From contig CM082595.2 in NCBI GenBank assembly GCA_040954595.2, forward strand, positions 8,414,317 through 8,478,316: 64,000 nucleotides of DNA, written 5' to 3'. This stretch comes from Balanoglossus misakiensis (Eukaryota > Animalia > Hemichordata). Below are positions 1-12,820 of this stretch, piece after piece (the stretch's first letter is position 1; each line of letters opens with the position of its first letter). Position numbers and translations under genes: made by a program. The notes beneath the pieces are model-generated. The model was given only the letters and a program-made list of their open reading frames with translations. It was not told the origin of the DNA and made no database searches.

Positions 1-1300
1 TTCAACAAAAACCAAACCTATAGCCTTATTGGTTAGCCTGGAATTAGGTATGCACATAATTAATGAGATATGCAGGTGTCACAGGTGACCCCCAGTTTTG
101 GCTTTTAAATTTTAGTCCCAACCCTCCAAACACAAAGTCTGTACCTGCTCTGGATGCCAAGATATGATAAAGTAGGTCAAACGTCACCTGAGGTCATGCA
201 AAATTTGGGCAAGAAATGTTGACCCTATACTGGTCCATGTTCAATAAGAACCAAAACTATAGCCTTATTGGTTAGCGTGGAATTAGGTATGCACATAATT
301 AATGACATATGCAGGTGTCACAGGTGACCCCCAATTTTGGCTTTTCAATTTTAGTGCCAACCCTCCAAACGCTTCGTCTGTACCTGCTGTGGATGCCAGA
401 TATGATAAAGTAGGTCAAAGGTCACCTGAGGTCATGCAAAATTTAGGCAAGAAATTTTGACCCTATACTGGTCCATGTTTAACAAAAACCAAACCTATAG
501 CCTTATTGGTTAGCCTGGAATTAGGTATGCACATAATTAATGAGATATGCAGGTGTCACAGGTGACCCCCAATTTAGGCTTTTCAATTTTAGTCCCAACC
601 CTTCAAACGCTAAGTCTGTACCTGCTCTGGATGCCAAGATATGGTAAAGTTGGTCAAAGGTCACCTGAGGTCATGCAAAATTTGGGCAAGAAATTTTGAC
701 CCTATACTGGTCCATGTTCAACAAAAACCAAACCTATAGCCTTATTGGTTAGCCTGGAATTAGGTATGCACATAATTAATGAGATATGCAGGTGTCACAG
801 GTGACCCCCAATTTTGGCTTTTCAATTTTAGTCCCAACCCTCCAAACGCCAAGTCTATACCTGCTCTGGATGCCAAGATATGGAAAAGTAGGTCAAAGGT
901 CACCTGAGGTCATGCAAAATTTGGGCAAGAAATTTTGACCCTATACTGGTCCATGTTCAACAAAAACCAAACCTATAGCCCTATTGGTTAGCCTGGAATT
1001 ATGTATGCACATAATTAATGAGATATGCCGATGTCACAGGTGACCCATATTTTGGCTTTTCAATTTTAGTCCCAACCCTCCAAACGCCAAGTCTGTACCT
1101 GCTCTGGATGCCGAGATATAGGAAAGTAGGTCAAAGGTCACCTGAGGTCGCCCAAAATTTTGGCAAGAAATTTTGACCCTATACTGGTCCATGTCCCACA
1201 AGAACGAAACCTCTAGCCCTATTAGTTAGCCCGGAATTAAGTATGCACATAATTAATGTGTTAAGCAGGTGTTACAGGTGAGCCCAAAAATTTGCCTTTT
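1..1300 (+). repeat. ~239-bp tandem repeat array (HINE-A internal repeats)
   Basis: ttcaacaaaaaccaaacctatagcc-like motif at 1, 240, 478, 717, 956. Confidence 0.95.
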
Positions 1301-1456
1301 ATTTTGGCCCCATTGTGCTCACTGACCAATAGACAGTCACTGTACAGGACTATTGCACAGACCAGAATTCCACAATAAGATGTGGACATAGCTTAACCAT
1401 AGAGGTATAAGTAAAGTTTTAAATTTAATAAAAAGACTAAAAAATTCATAAAAAAA

Positions 1457-3408
1457 TATAGCTGTGAACAGCAATAAGCGGGTTTCGAGACACTACTAGC
1501 CCTATTGGTTCGCCTGGAGATAGATTTGTGCATATTTAATTACTGCATTAGTTGTTCTATCACTCCAAATGCCAAGGGTGTATGTGCTGTGGATGCTGAG
1601 ATGTGGAAAAGTAGGTCAAAGGTCACGTGAGGTCACGCTTAATATGAGCAGAAAATGTTTACGCTATACTGGTCCATGTCCGACAAAAACCAGACCTGTA
1701 GCCATATTGGTTTGCCTGGAATTAAGTATGCACATAGTTAATGAGTTAAGCAGGTGTCACAGGTGAGCCTTAAATTTGGCTTCTTATTTTGGTCCCATCC
1801 ACCCAAACACCTAAGCTGTACCTGCTCTGGATGCTGAGGTATGCGAAAGTAGGTCAAAGGTCACCCAAGGTCACCCAAAATTTGGGGGGAAAATTTGACC
1901 CCATACTGGTCCATGTCCGACAAAAACCAGACCTGTAGCCCTATTGGTTTGCCTGGAATTAGGTATGCACATAGTTAATGAGTTAAGCAGGTGTCACAGG
2001 TGAGCCTTAAATTTGGCTTCTTATTTTGGTCCCATCCACCCAAACACCTAAGCTGTATCTGCTCTGGATGCTGAGATATGCGAAAGTAGGTCAAAGGTCA
2101 CCCAAAATTTGGGGAAAAAATTTGACCCCATACTGGTCCATGTCCGACAAAAACCAGACCTGTAGCCCTATTGGTTTGCCTGGAATTAGGTATGCACATA
2201 GTTAATGAGTTGAGCAGGTGTCACAGGTGAGCCTTAAATTTGGCTTCTTATTTTGGTCCCATCCACCCAAACACCTGAGCTGTACCTGCTCTGGATGCTG
2301 AGATATGCGAAAGTAGGTCAAAGGTCACCCAAGGTCACCCAAAATTTTGGGAAAAAATTTGACCCCATACTGGTCCATGGCCGACAAAAACCAGACCTGT
2401 AGCCCTATTGGTTTGCCTGGAATTAGGTATGCACATAATTAATGAGTTGAGCAGGTGTCACAGGTGAGCCATAAATTTGGCTTCTTATTTTGGTCCCATC
2501 CACCCAAACACCTGAGCTGTACCTGCTCTGGATGCTGAGATATGCGAAAGTAGGTCAAAGGTCACCCAAGGTCACCCAAAATTTGGGAAAAAAATTTGAC
2601 CCCATACTGGTCCATGTCCGACAAAAACCAGACCTGTAGCCCTATTGGTTTGCCTGGAATTAGGTATGCACATAATTAATGAGTTGAGCAGGTGTCACAG
2701 GTGAGCCTTAAATTTGGCTTCTTATTTTGGTCCTATGCTGCAGACTATTGCACCGACCAGAATTCTACAAAACTATGTGGCCATAGCTTAAGTATAGTGG
2801 AATAAGTATAGGTATAGATTTCATAAAAAAATTAATATAAAAAAATCGGTCGATTTTCCATATTATTTTTTCCAGTTGGAAATGATTGTCGGAAGGTAGG
2901 CTAGCTGCACACAAAATTTGAAGCTGATCAGCCCAGCGGATGTTGAGATATTGGGCATAAATCTAAAATCCTAGGGGGCCATTGCTTAACCATGGAAAGT
3001 ATAGGCCAATGGCTGGGTCCAATGGTCATGGAAAATATGAAAAATAATGCTTTAAAAATCATCTCCTCAAAATCGGCAAGGACTTAGACATTGAAATTTG
3101 GCATATAGGACCCTGGCCATATGGTCCACAAAGTTTCTGAACAGAATTTGGATTCTTCATTTTTTATGCAAATTAGACCAATTTAAAAGTTTAAATCCAA
3201 GATGGCTGCCAGGTCATGTGACCTGTTGCCATAGTGACATGATCAGAAAATTACTTGCTTTGAGTTTTACCTATGAGCCAAATTTCAAGTCATTGGGTGC
3301 AACGGTCTTCGAATAGCGGCTGTTTTTAAAAGTGGGAAGAAGAATAATAATAATAAAAAACAACACGATTTCAAGAGGGTTTCGAGACCCCTCTGGTCTC
3401 GAAACCCT
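1457..3408 (+). mobile_element. HINE-like element family B nested in HINE-A, with about five ~238-bp related repeats
   Basis: Absent from the duplicate copy (empty site cataaaaaataaaacatcc at ~51821-51839). Subterminal gggtttcgagac 1480-1491 matches 3' hairpin agggtttcgagacc-cctct-ggtctcgaaaccct 3376-3408. Inserted in an A-run. Confidence 0.8.
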
Positions 3409-4172
3409 AATAAAACATCCATGATATCAACTGAACACTTACAGGTCGGTGTGAGGTTGACATAAGGTACAAGCATACTAATTTTCAAAGCAATCTGACC
3501 AGTAATTGTTGACTTGCAGAGTTTTGATCAATTTCACATTTTACAAGCTAATTTGCATATTTTTGGGCCTGGCAACTTCGTTTGGACAAACTCCCATCTA
3601 CAGTCCTGCCTGCACCTACACATCAAATATTGAGGTGATACGTGCAGCGGTTTTCAAGTTTTTGATGTGGACGGACATACAGACATTCATCCATACATAC
3701 ATACATCCATCCATCCATCCATACATACATACAGACGCAACCCATCCCATAAGGTCCCATGGTATATAGGCCTATACCAATGGGACCTAAAAATTGTCAT
3801 TTTGAGATGATGTTCATCAGCTATGACCCATGATTTTTTTCAAACAAGTGAAGAAATTTTGAACTTTCGCAAAGTCGAAAAATTGTCATTTTTGGATGAT
3901 TTGCATGAGCTATAACGCATGATTTTTTTCTTCAAAAATGTGAAGAAATATTGAACTTTCGCAATGTGGAAAAATTGTAATTTTGGATGATTTTCATAAG
4001 CTATAACCCATGATTTTTTTCAAAAAAACGAAAAAAATTTGAACTTTCTCGAAGTCGAAAAATTGTAATTTTTTGATGGTTTTCATGAGCTGTAACCCAT
4101 GACTTTTTTCAAAAAATGAAGAAATTTTGAACTTTCGCAAAGTCGAAAAATTGTTATTTTTGGATGATTTTC

Positions 4173-5189
4173 ATTTCATTTTATTTCATTTCATAGTTTA
4201 TTCGCTAATGTATGTTTAAAAATAAAATACACCAGAAATCTCATTGGCTCGAACTCTAACAATATTAAGACATTTACAATGTAAAAACAGGGTCAACGAC
4301 AGCGATAAAATACAAACACTCACTATAAAAAGTTACGAGTATCTGGCTAAAGGGTCCATCCCATTCAATTGACGGACTGCTGATGGATAAAAACTTTTCC
4401 TATGACGTTCTGATTTTGTTGCAATTGAGCGGTAACGCTTGCCTGATTGCAAAAGTGAAAACTGATGAAAGGCAGGATGAGAAGAATCGGAGAGTATAGA
4501 CTTTGTTTTCTTGTGCATCCTAGATCTGTATAGGTCATCTAATTGAGGCAGGTTTACACCAATAATGCGCTCAGCAGAACGTATTACTCTGTTTAATAGA
4601 CGGCGGTCTCCAACAGTTGAACTCCCGTACCAGACAGCAATGGAGACTGTCAACACACCCTCGACAACTGCCCGATAAAATTTTATCAGGAGATCCCTGC
4701 TAAGACCGAAGCCCGCCAGCCCTCGTAGAAAGAACAATCGTAGCTGAGCTTTCTGAACACAATGCTCGACGTGCGCCTGCCAGGTTAAATCACTAGAGAT
4801 GTGGATGTCGAGGAATTTAAAGGTGTCAACTATCTCGACATCTGTACCATTGATAGACAAAGGTGTGAGGGGGGTCTTATTCCTCCGAAAATCGATAATG
4901 ATCTCTTTTGTCTTGCTAACATTTAATTCTAAGTTATTGGCAGCACACCACATCACCAATTCATCAACCTGGCGGCGATAATTGATCTCATTTTCGTCAA
5001 TCAGCCCAGCAACAGTTGTATCATCTGCAAATTTAATAGTGAGACAGTTTTCAAACCACGATATGCAATCCGAAGTCATTAGAGAATAAAGCAATGGAGA
5101 CAGGGCACAACATTGTGGTGCACCTGTATTCAAAACCAGTGTTTTAGAATATCGTGAACCTATTGTGACCATATGTGGTCGGCCTGTAA
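4173..5189 (-). mobile_element. 5'-truncated non-LTR retrotransposon, Rex1/Babar-like RT C-terminal half
   Basis: NTGAPQCCALSPLLYSL, IKFADDTTV, WCAANNLELNVSKTKE motifs; stop at 4333; (ATGAA)n-like tail at ~4173-4193. The ORF's first ~28 codons are satellite read-through. Confidence 0.85.
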
Positions 5190-5728
5190 GAAAATCATCC
5201 AAAAATAACCCATGACTTTTTTTTCCAAAAATGTGAAGAGACGTTGAACTTTCGCAAAGTCGAAATATTGTCATTTTGGACGATTTTCATGACCCATGAT
5301 TTTTTTTCAAAACAGTGAAGAAATTTTGAACTTTCGCAAAGACGAAAAATTGTCATTTTTGGATGATTTTAATGAGCTATAACGCATGATTTTTTTCTTC
5401 AAAAATGTGAAGAAATGTTAAACTTTCGCAAAGTCGAAAAATACACATTTTTGGACAATTTTCATGAGCTGCAGCCCAAGAAATTTCGAACTTTCGCAAA
5501 GTCGATTTTTTTTTATTTTTGGATGATTTTCAAGAGCTCAAACCCATGATTTTTTCCCAATAATGTGAAGAGATGTTGAACTTTCGCAAAGTCGAAAAAT
5601 TGTCATTTTTTGACGATTTTCATGACCTATAACCCATAATTTTTTTCTTAAAAAATGTGAAGAAATTTTGAACTTTCGCAAAGTCGAAAAATTTTTTGAT
5701 GGTTTTCATGAGCTGTAACCCATGATTT

Positions 5729-6533
5729 TGTAGCGGTTGAATTATCATTCTTCGCTATATTTCTGGGGACGTACGTAGATTGCATTGGTATAGACGCGAT
5801 TTGATAATAGTTTGGGCATAGCAGAAACTGTTCACGTGACACTTTCCCGCGCTATCCATATTTGGTAGTTAGTTTGATACTTTTCTGCGAGTTTCTATTG
5901 GCTGACATGCCTTGTTTTCGTTGTTGAGTTTTGGGGCAGAGAGAGAGAGTAAGTGACCGTAATGGCGAAGTAGCAGTGAGTGCAGAGAGACGCGAGGAGA
6001 AAGGGTAAGAAACTCGAGCACGGACTACGAGAGCCGTCTAGCGTGGCAAGCGCTGCTCTCAAAAGCTCGTAGTTTGCCGTTCCTAGTTCCGCGGGTGGCG
6101 ATGTATCCCGTCTTTTGAACTTTCGTTAGAGTACGGGCAGATCGAGACTGGAGACGAGTGAGATAGAGATTAGCAGCGTAGAACAGGGACGACGTGACCA
6201 GACTGCCGTGTTGTATTCCTTCTGAGTTGTGTTGATGAAATAAATACAGTGGGGGAAGTTGTAACCGCATTGCTGTGTGGACTGATAGTTTTGCGATAAA
6301 TCCAGGCGTGTGAGGCCGCTAACCTTGCAGCGATCTCCCGGCCGCTTGAGAACTTTCTCGACCTAGGTATGGACTTATCATTGGTGGCAGCGAAAATCTA
6401 TGAACCCAGCCGGACACGTCACACTCGTGACTGTCGGCGTATGTGAATATTGGTGACAGCAGGACGGTGTACGAAATACCCGAGCATCCCGTGGCGTCCG
6501 ACGGGCCGATCCGACGGCCGGGCAAACGCCACA
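5729..6533 (+). mobile_element. Solo LTR, 805 bp
   Basis: TGTAGCG...CGCCACA termini, 4-bp ATTT direct repeat on both sides, AATAAA at ~6239; copies at 48554 and 54148. Confidence 0.85.
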
Positions 6534-6672
6534 ATTTTTTTCAGGAAAACGAAGAAATTTTGAACTATCGCAATTAGGAAAAATTGTCATTTTTGGATGT
6601 TTTTCATGAGCTATAACCCATGATTTTTTTCAAAAAAGTGAAGAAATTTAGAAATTTCGCAAAGTCGAAAAA

Positions 6673-9625
6673 TAGTGTCAAGGACACTGTGGTCCCATTT
6701 GAGGACATAGCACATAGCAACATAGCAATAAGCGTATCTGCTCTGGATGCCAAGATATTGAAAAGTAGGTCAAAGGTCACCTGAGGTCATGCAAAATTTG
6801 GGCATAAAAATTTGACCCTATACTGGTCCATGTTCAACAAAAACCAAACATATAGCCCTATTGGTTAGCCTGGAATTAGGTATGCACATAATTAATGAGA
6901 TATGAAGGTGTCACAGGTGACCCCCAATTTTGGCTTTTCAATTTTAGTGCCAACCCTCCAAACGCTAAGTCTGTACCTGCTCTGGATGCCAAGATATGGT
7001 AAAGTAGGTCAAACGTCACCTGAGGTCATGCAAAATTTTGACAAGAAATTTTGACACTATACTGGTCCATGTTCAACAAAAACCAAACCTATAGCCTTAT
7101 TGGTTAGCCTGGAATTAGGTATGCACATAATTAATGAGATATGCAGGTGTCACAGGTGACCCCCAGTTTTGGCTTTTCAATTTTAGTCCCAACCCTCCTA
7201 ACGCAAAGTCTGTATCTGCTCTGGATGCCAAGATATGATAAAGTAGGTCAAAGGTCACCTGAAGTCATGCAAAATTTGGGCAAGAAATTTTGACTCATAC
7301 TGGTCCATGTTCAATAAAAACCAAAACTATAGCCTTATTGGTTACCTTGGAATTAGGTATGCACATAATTAATGAGATATGCAGGTGTCACAGGTGACCC
7401 CCAAGTTTGGCTTTTCAATTTTAGTGCCAACCCTCCAAACGCTAAGTCTGTACCTGCTCTGGATGCCAAGATATGGTAAAGTAGGTCAAATATCACCTGA
7501 GGTCATGCAAAATTTTGGCAAGAAATTTTGACCCTATACTGGTCCATGTTCAACAAAAACCAAACCTATAGCCTTATTGGTTAGCCTGGAATTAGGTATG
7601 CACATAATTAATGAGATATGCAGGTGTCACAGGTGACCCCAAGTTTTGGCTTTTAAATTTTAGTCCCAACCCTCCAAACACAAAGTCTGTACCTGCTCTG
7701 GATGCCAAGATATGGTAAAGTAGGTCAAAGGTCTCCTGAGGTCATGCAAAATTTGGGCAAGAAATTTTGACCCTATACTGGTCCATGTTCAATAAAAACC
7801 AAAACTATAGCCTTATTGGTTACCTTGGAATTAGGTATGCACATAATTGATGAGATATGCATAATTAATGAGATATGCAGGTGTCACAGGTGACCCCCAA
7901 GTTTGGCTTTTCAATTTTAGTGCCAACCCTGCAAACGCTAAGTCTGTACCTGCTCTGGATGCCAAGATATGGTAAAGTAGGTCAAATATCACCTGAGGTC
8001 ATGCAAAATTTTGGCAAGAAATTTTGACCCTATACTGGTCCATGTTCAACAAAAATCAAACCTATAGCCTTATTGGTTAGCCTGGAATTAGGTATGCACA
8101 TAATTAATGAGATATGCAGGTGTCACAGGTGACCCCCTGTTTGGGCTTTTAAATTTTAGTCCCAACCCTCCAAACACAAAGTCTGTACCTGCTCTGGATG
8201 CCAAGATATTGAAAAGTAGGTCAAAGGTCACCTGAGGTCATGCAAAATTTTGGCAAGAAATTTTGACCCTATACAGGTCCATATTCAACAAAAACCAAAC
8301 CTATAGCCTTATTGGTTTGCCTGGAATTAGGTATGTACATAATTAATGAGATATGCAGGTGTCACAGGTGACCCCCAGTTTCGGCTTTTCAATTTTAGTG
8401 CCAACCCTCCAAACGCTAAGTCTGTACCTGCTCTGGATGCCAAGATATGGTAAAGTAGGTCAAAGGTCACCTGAGGTCATGCAAAATTTAGGCAAGAAAT
8501 TTGGACCCTATACTTGTCCATGTTCAACAGAAACCAAACCTATAGCCTTATTGGTTAGCCTGGAATTAGGTATGCACATAATTAATGAGATATGCAGGTG
8601 TCACAGGTGACCCCCAATTTTGGCTTTTCAATTTTAGTCCCAACCCTCCAAACGCCAAGTCTGTACCTGCTCTGGATGCCAAGATATGGTAAAGTTGGTC
8701 AAAGGTCACCTGAGGTCATGCAAAATTTGGGCAAGAAATTTTGACCCTATACTGGTCCATGTTCAACAAAAACCAAACCTATAGCCCTATTGGTTAGCCT
8801 GGAATTATGTATGCACATTATTAATGAGATATGCAGATGTCTCAGGTGACCCATATTTTGGCTTTTCAATTTTAGTCCCAACCCTCCAAACGCCAAGTCT
8901 GTACCTGCTCTGGATGCCGAGATATAGGAAAGTAGGTCAAAGGTCACCTGAGGTCACCCAAAATTTTGGCAAGAAATTTTGACCCTATACTGGTCCATGT
9001 CCCACAAGAACGAAACCTCTAGCCCTATTAGTTAGCCCGGATTTAGGTATGCACATAATTAATATTTTAAGCAGGTGTTACAGGTGAGCCCAAAAATTTG
9101 CCTTTTCTTTTGGCCCCATTGTGCTCACTGACCAATAGACAGTGACTGTACAGGACTATTGCACAGACCAGAATTCCACAATAAGATGTGGACATAGCTT
9201 AACCATAGAGGTATAAGTAAAGTTATAAATTTAATAAAAAGACTAAAAAATTCATAAAAAAATAAAACATCCATGATATCAACTGAACACTTACAGGTCG
9301 GTGTGAGGTTGACATAAGGTACATGCATACTAATTTTCAAAGCAATCTGACCAGTAATTGTTGACTTACAGAGTTTTGATCAATTTCACATTTTACAAGC
9401 TAATTTGCATATTTTTGGGCCTGGCAACTTCGTTTGGACAAACTCCCATCTACAGTCCTGCCTGCACCTACACATCAAATATTGAGGTGATACGCGCAGC
9501 GGTTTTCAAGTTTTTGATGTGGACGGACATACAGACATACATCCATACATACATACATCCATCCATCCATCCATACATACATCCAAACGCAACCCATCCC
9601 ATAAGGTCCCATGGTATATAGGCCT
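6673..9625 (+). mobile_element. HINE-A element with about ten ~239-bp repeats; terminal hairpin split by a Crypton-like insertion
   Basis: Starts tagtgtcaaggacactgtggtcccatt in the satellite A-run; subTIR ggtcccatt 6691-6699; microsatellite ~9525-9585; half hairpin ends ...ggcct at 9625. Confidence 0.75.
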
Positions 9626-10184
9626 TTATTACACCTTACGTATTATACCATATTTGTGATTGGCTGAGACGCGCTCACGTGATATAGAAAAAAAAGTGAT
9701 ATAACATGGCTAGAGTTGATAAAGCCCAGTCGCGTGCGCTGATATTGCCCGCTGGGTTGTTTTGTGTTCTGCGCGCGACTTCTGCGCGTTCCAAACTGTC
9801 GTTCAATGGCTTCCTCCACGATCAGTCAACTCCCGCATCTATGGCTTCAAAGCGACACATAGGCTTAACACCTGTTCAACTGGACGATATTTTACCACAA
9901 ACGGACAGTAAATACAACAAAATCGCAACCAACAGTGCAGTATTTTCAAAATAATCTAAGTTCGAAGTAGGTATCGTATAATTCTTGGGAGATCGAGACA
10001 TTTTACATTCTCAGCAACGTACGACATATGGACGCGCGTCTACGTTCTTCTATGCCTGCCTTGTATGTACGTTCAAATGTTCGGCGTAATAAAATTAATA
10101 ACACATGATAGCGAGGGCAATATCACGATTTGAAGCCTACTCTCGGGCTGGTGATCTCTGACCACAATATTGATGATACCCTCG
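9626..10184 (+). mobile_element. Left part of non-autonomous Crypton-like element (copy 1)
   Basis: Same as 58045-58603; remnant peptide MASKRHIGLTPVQLDDILPQTDSK. Confidence 0.6.
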
Positions 10185-12764
10185 CACTACGGTCCAGGAG
10201 GCGCCCTCTCAGTTAAATTTCTGCATCCATTTGTTATTGCTCATGAATAATTCATTAGGTACAATGGCGGGTTTTTCGATCCAGCACTGCAACGGAACTA
10301 ATTAATATGCAGGTGAGTGTATCTTGTAATTAACGCCAATTTCAGTGATTCCAATGAGATATGGAAGGCATATGCAATGTACGGGTTCTTTTATGTGAAT
10401 AGCTGTGAATATTTCTCATGCCCTAGATCACAAAACAGCGATCTCCTGATCGGTAGTTTGGTTACTATGCAAACCTAAGCCACATAGCAACAGTTGCATT
10501 GTGCGGATTACTCTACGATTTGGAGAGTTTTGGTGTACTTCTTTTGAAAATAAAACGATACGATTTTTCTTTAATGTATAGAGTCTTACATAGCTGGGAT
10601 TTGGGTGAAAATTCTCACCTTTTGTTGAAATTCAACCAAGCGAAACTTGTCGAGTTGCGTGCGTGCGCTATGCGTGAACGATTGTCATTGTAAACAATGG
10701 CGCGGAGGTCGCTTTCATCAACACAGGGCAACATATTGATGGTTTTTATGATTTAACTGGGCGGTAAATTAAAATTTTAAACCTAACATATTCATTTTAG
10801 ATTGTTAGAAAACAGTAATGTATTGGAAAAATGGCTAAGAAATAATTAATAAAAAAACGGAACCTGAGAGAAAATGAACGCTTGGGGGCTTACATTGACC
10901 TATGATGTACGCATGTACACCCTGTGATGTGCTGTTGATGTTGACATATATTTAAATAAACAAAATAGTCTCAACAGGTGTATGTCACTCTAATTCTGTT
11001 TCAGGCAGTTTTACCAACATATATTAATCAAAAGAAATACTGGTAAGAATGCCTCACATTAAGAAGAGAAAGAGTAATTTTGACATTGGACGATGGGCAG
11101 TTGAAAAAAAGATATCTAAACTGATAGAAAAGGAAAGGCATGAACAAAATCAACATGAATCTCAGCTAGGTACCAAGCTTAAGTTAGAGAAAGTGCAGGA
11201 CAATGAAATAAGAAACAGGTCAGAGTTGAAGGAGAAAAGGCGTAGGTTTGACATTGGGAAATGGGCAGCAGACAGAAAACGTAAAAATGAAGAGAGTGCT
11301 GAGATCAGGGCGAAGAGACGGAAGGTAGATGAAGGAAAGAAACTAGTTGACAAGGCCAGGAAGCGACTAGATAGACTAACTAAAAACATAAACATCTCAG
11401 TCAGGAAGCAGCCAGGTTCCACCGTGAAGTATGTTTTGTTTTAATTATGATTTGCATAACAGGTTTGAGATATTTTTGCTTGATATTGTGAAGTTTGTGT
11501 TACACAGTATACTATGATGTTGTGACATGCTAAGGGAAATTTATATTTCTTGTGAATTTTTCTTTAGTGACGATGATTTAATCAATTTTACTTACAACTG
11601 TAATTGCCACATAATTAGTGTTCATTCCATTAAAATGCTTTACACACACAAACACACACACATACACAGAATAATACCAGTTTGATTGTCCACAGAAACT
11701 GGCAAGTCTCTCATATTTGTCACAATTAACCTGGGTGACATATTTTCTTTTTCTTTTTCATGTATAACAGAACACATGTCATTCATCAACTGCCAAGAAA
11801 AAGCACTGGGTTAAGAAGAGCAGTGAAGTTCATCCATGTAACAGTGAGTGCCTGACAGTTACCAAACCAGTTCAAAATAACCGCCGAGTGAAGACACTAC
11901 AGGTAGCTGCTGGTATACATCAGTCGTCAACAGAGACTGAAAATGCTACTGGTAATACATTAAATCCTCAGAAGGCTGTATTAGATGGTCTGTGGTTTAC
12001 ACTGATCAATTCAGTCACTCCTGGAGAGATGGAAAAATACCTCTCAACTTCATCTAAATTTTCTAACATAATTATGCCATCATTATTGCAAAAATCCATT
12101 TCTAAATTCGAAAACAGTGAAAATAACCTCATCAGGAGTGTCAGAGTTGTTTATCAGAATGGAGTATTGTCAAGGCGAAAGTACAATGCCATTCGTAACA
12201 GTGAACTGCAGTCCATTTCTCAGTTAAAACAACCTAGGAGTGTACTGCAATTTCACCATGGATGTAAAATTCCAAGGTTATTAACCTATAATAAGGTTGT
12301 TCACTATGTGCGTAATTTAGATATTGGTGACCTGCAGCCTGTGATAGATAATGGGAGAGTAGTTGGTATGTACAGAAATGTAGAGGAGATGCTTCTGAAA
12401 ATGGCAGACCTTTACACATTGTTGAATAAGGAACACCACCCTGGAATTTTGAACTGGTTTGGCAAGCCAGAGGGTGTGTTCCAAATTGCCCTCGGTGCTG
12501 ATGGGGCACCATTTGGTAAATATGGGCAAGCAACTGCTTGGTTAGTTAGCTTTGTAAATGTATGCCATAGAGTAGCCAGTCCAGATGATAACTTTCTCCT
12601 GCTAGGAGCAAATTTGAAAGAGGAACACCCAATATTAATTGAATATGCAGCCTCACTAAGCAGACAGCTTGAGGTCATTGAAAGCAAAACATATGTAATA
12701 AATGACCTCCAGGTAAGGTTTGAGGTGTCCCTTCTACCCTTTGACCAAAAAGGTCTTGCATGTA
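10185..12764 (+). mobile_element. 3'-truncated copy of the CACT-terminal DNA transposon
   Basis: Begins tcg|cactacggtcca; matches 58604-61183; the transposase breaks off just after PFDQKGLAC. Confidence 0.9.
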
Positions 12765-12820
12765 GGTTGTATTGTTTACAACAGAGATTCACACCTCGCC
12801 AAGGGGTGGCTTATCAGTAA
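11888..12820 (+). pseudogene. Truncated RAG1/Transib-like transposase (first two catalytic Asp only)
   Basis: Identical translation to 60307-62442 up to QKGLAC, then unrelated sequence. Confidence 0.85.

Larger units (their letters stand above)
1..3788 (+). mobile_element. Helentron/HINE-like non-autonomous element family A (5' part outside window)
   Basis: ~239-bp tandem repeats, (CATA/CATC)n microsatellite at ~3675-3735, terminal hairpin aggtcccat...atgggacct 3752-3788, followed by the A-run of the host satellite. Confidence 0.75.
3789..6672 (+). repeat. ~89-bp AT-rich satellite, interrupted by a LINE fragment and a solo LTR
   Basis: Unit gtgaagaaattttgaactttcgcaaagtcgaaaaattgtcatttttggatgattttcatgagctataacccatgatttttttcaaaaaa, with ~80-bp deletion variants. 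Confidence 0.95.
1..12764 (+). repeat. Segmental duplication copy 1 (matches 50375-61183)
   Basis: ORF track repeats at constant offset 48419 (3506/51925, 4333/52752, 11888/60307). Offset is 50374 upstream of the 1457-3408 insertion. Identity ends after ...ggtcttgcatgta at 12764. Confidence 0.95.

Noticed and set aside
1569-9621. Short ORFs in HINE repeats, satellite and LTRs (also 36781-37894, 42987-49415, 54067-58040)
   Set aside because: Chance frames in repetitive non-coding DNA; no recognisable domains.
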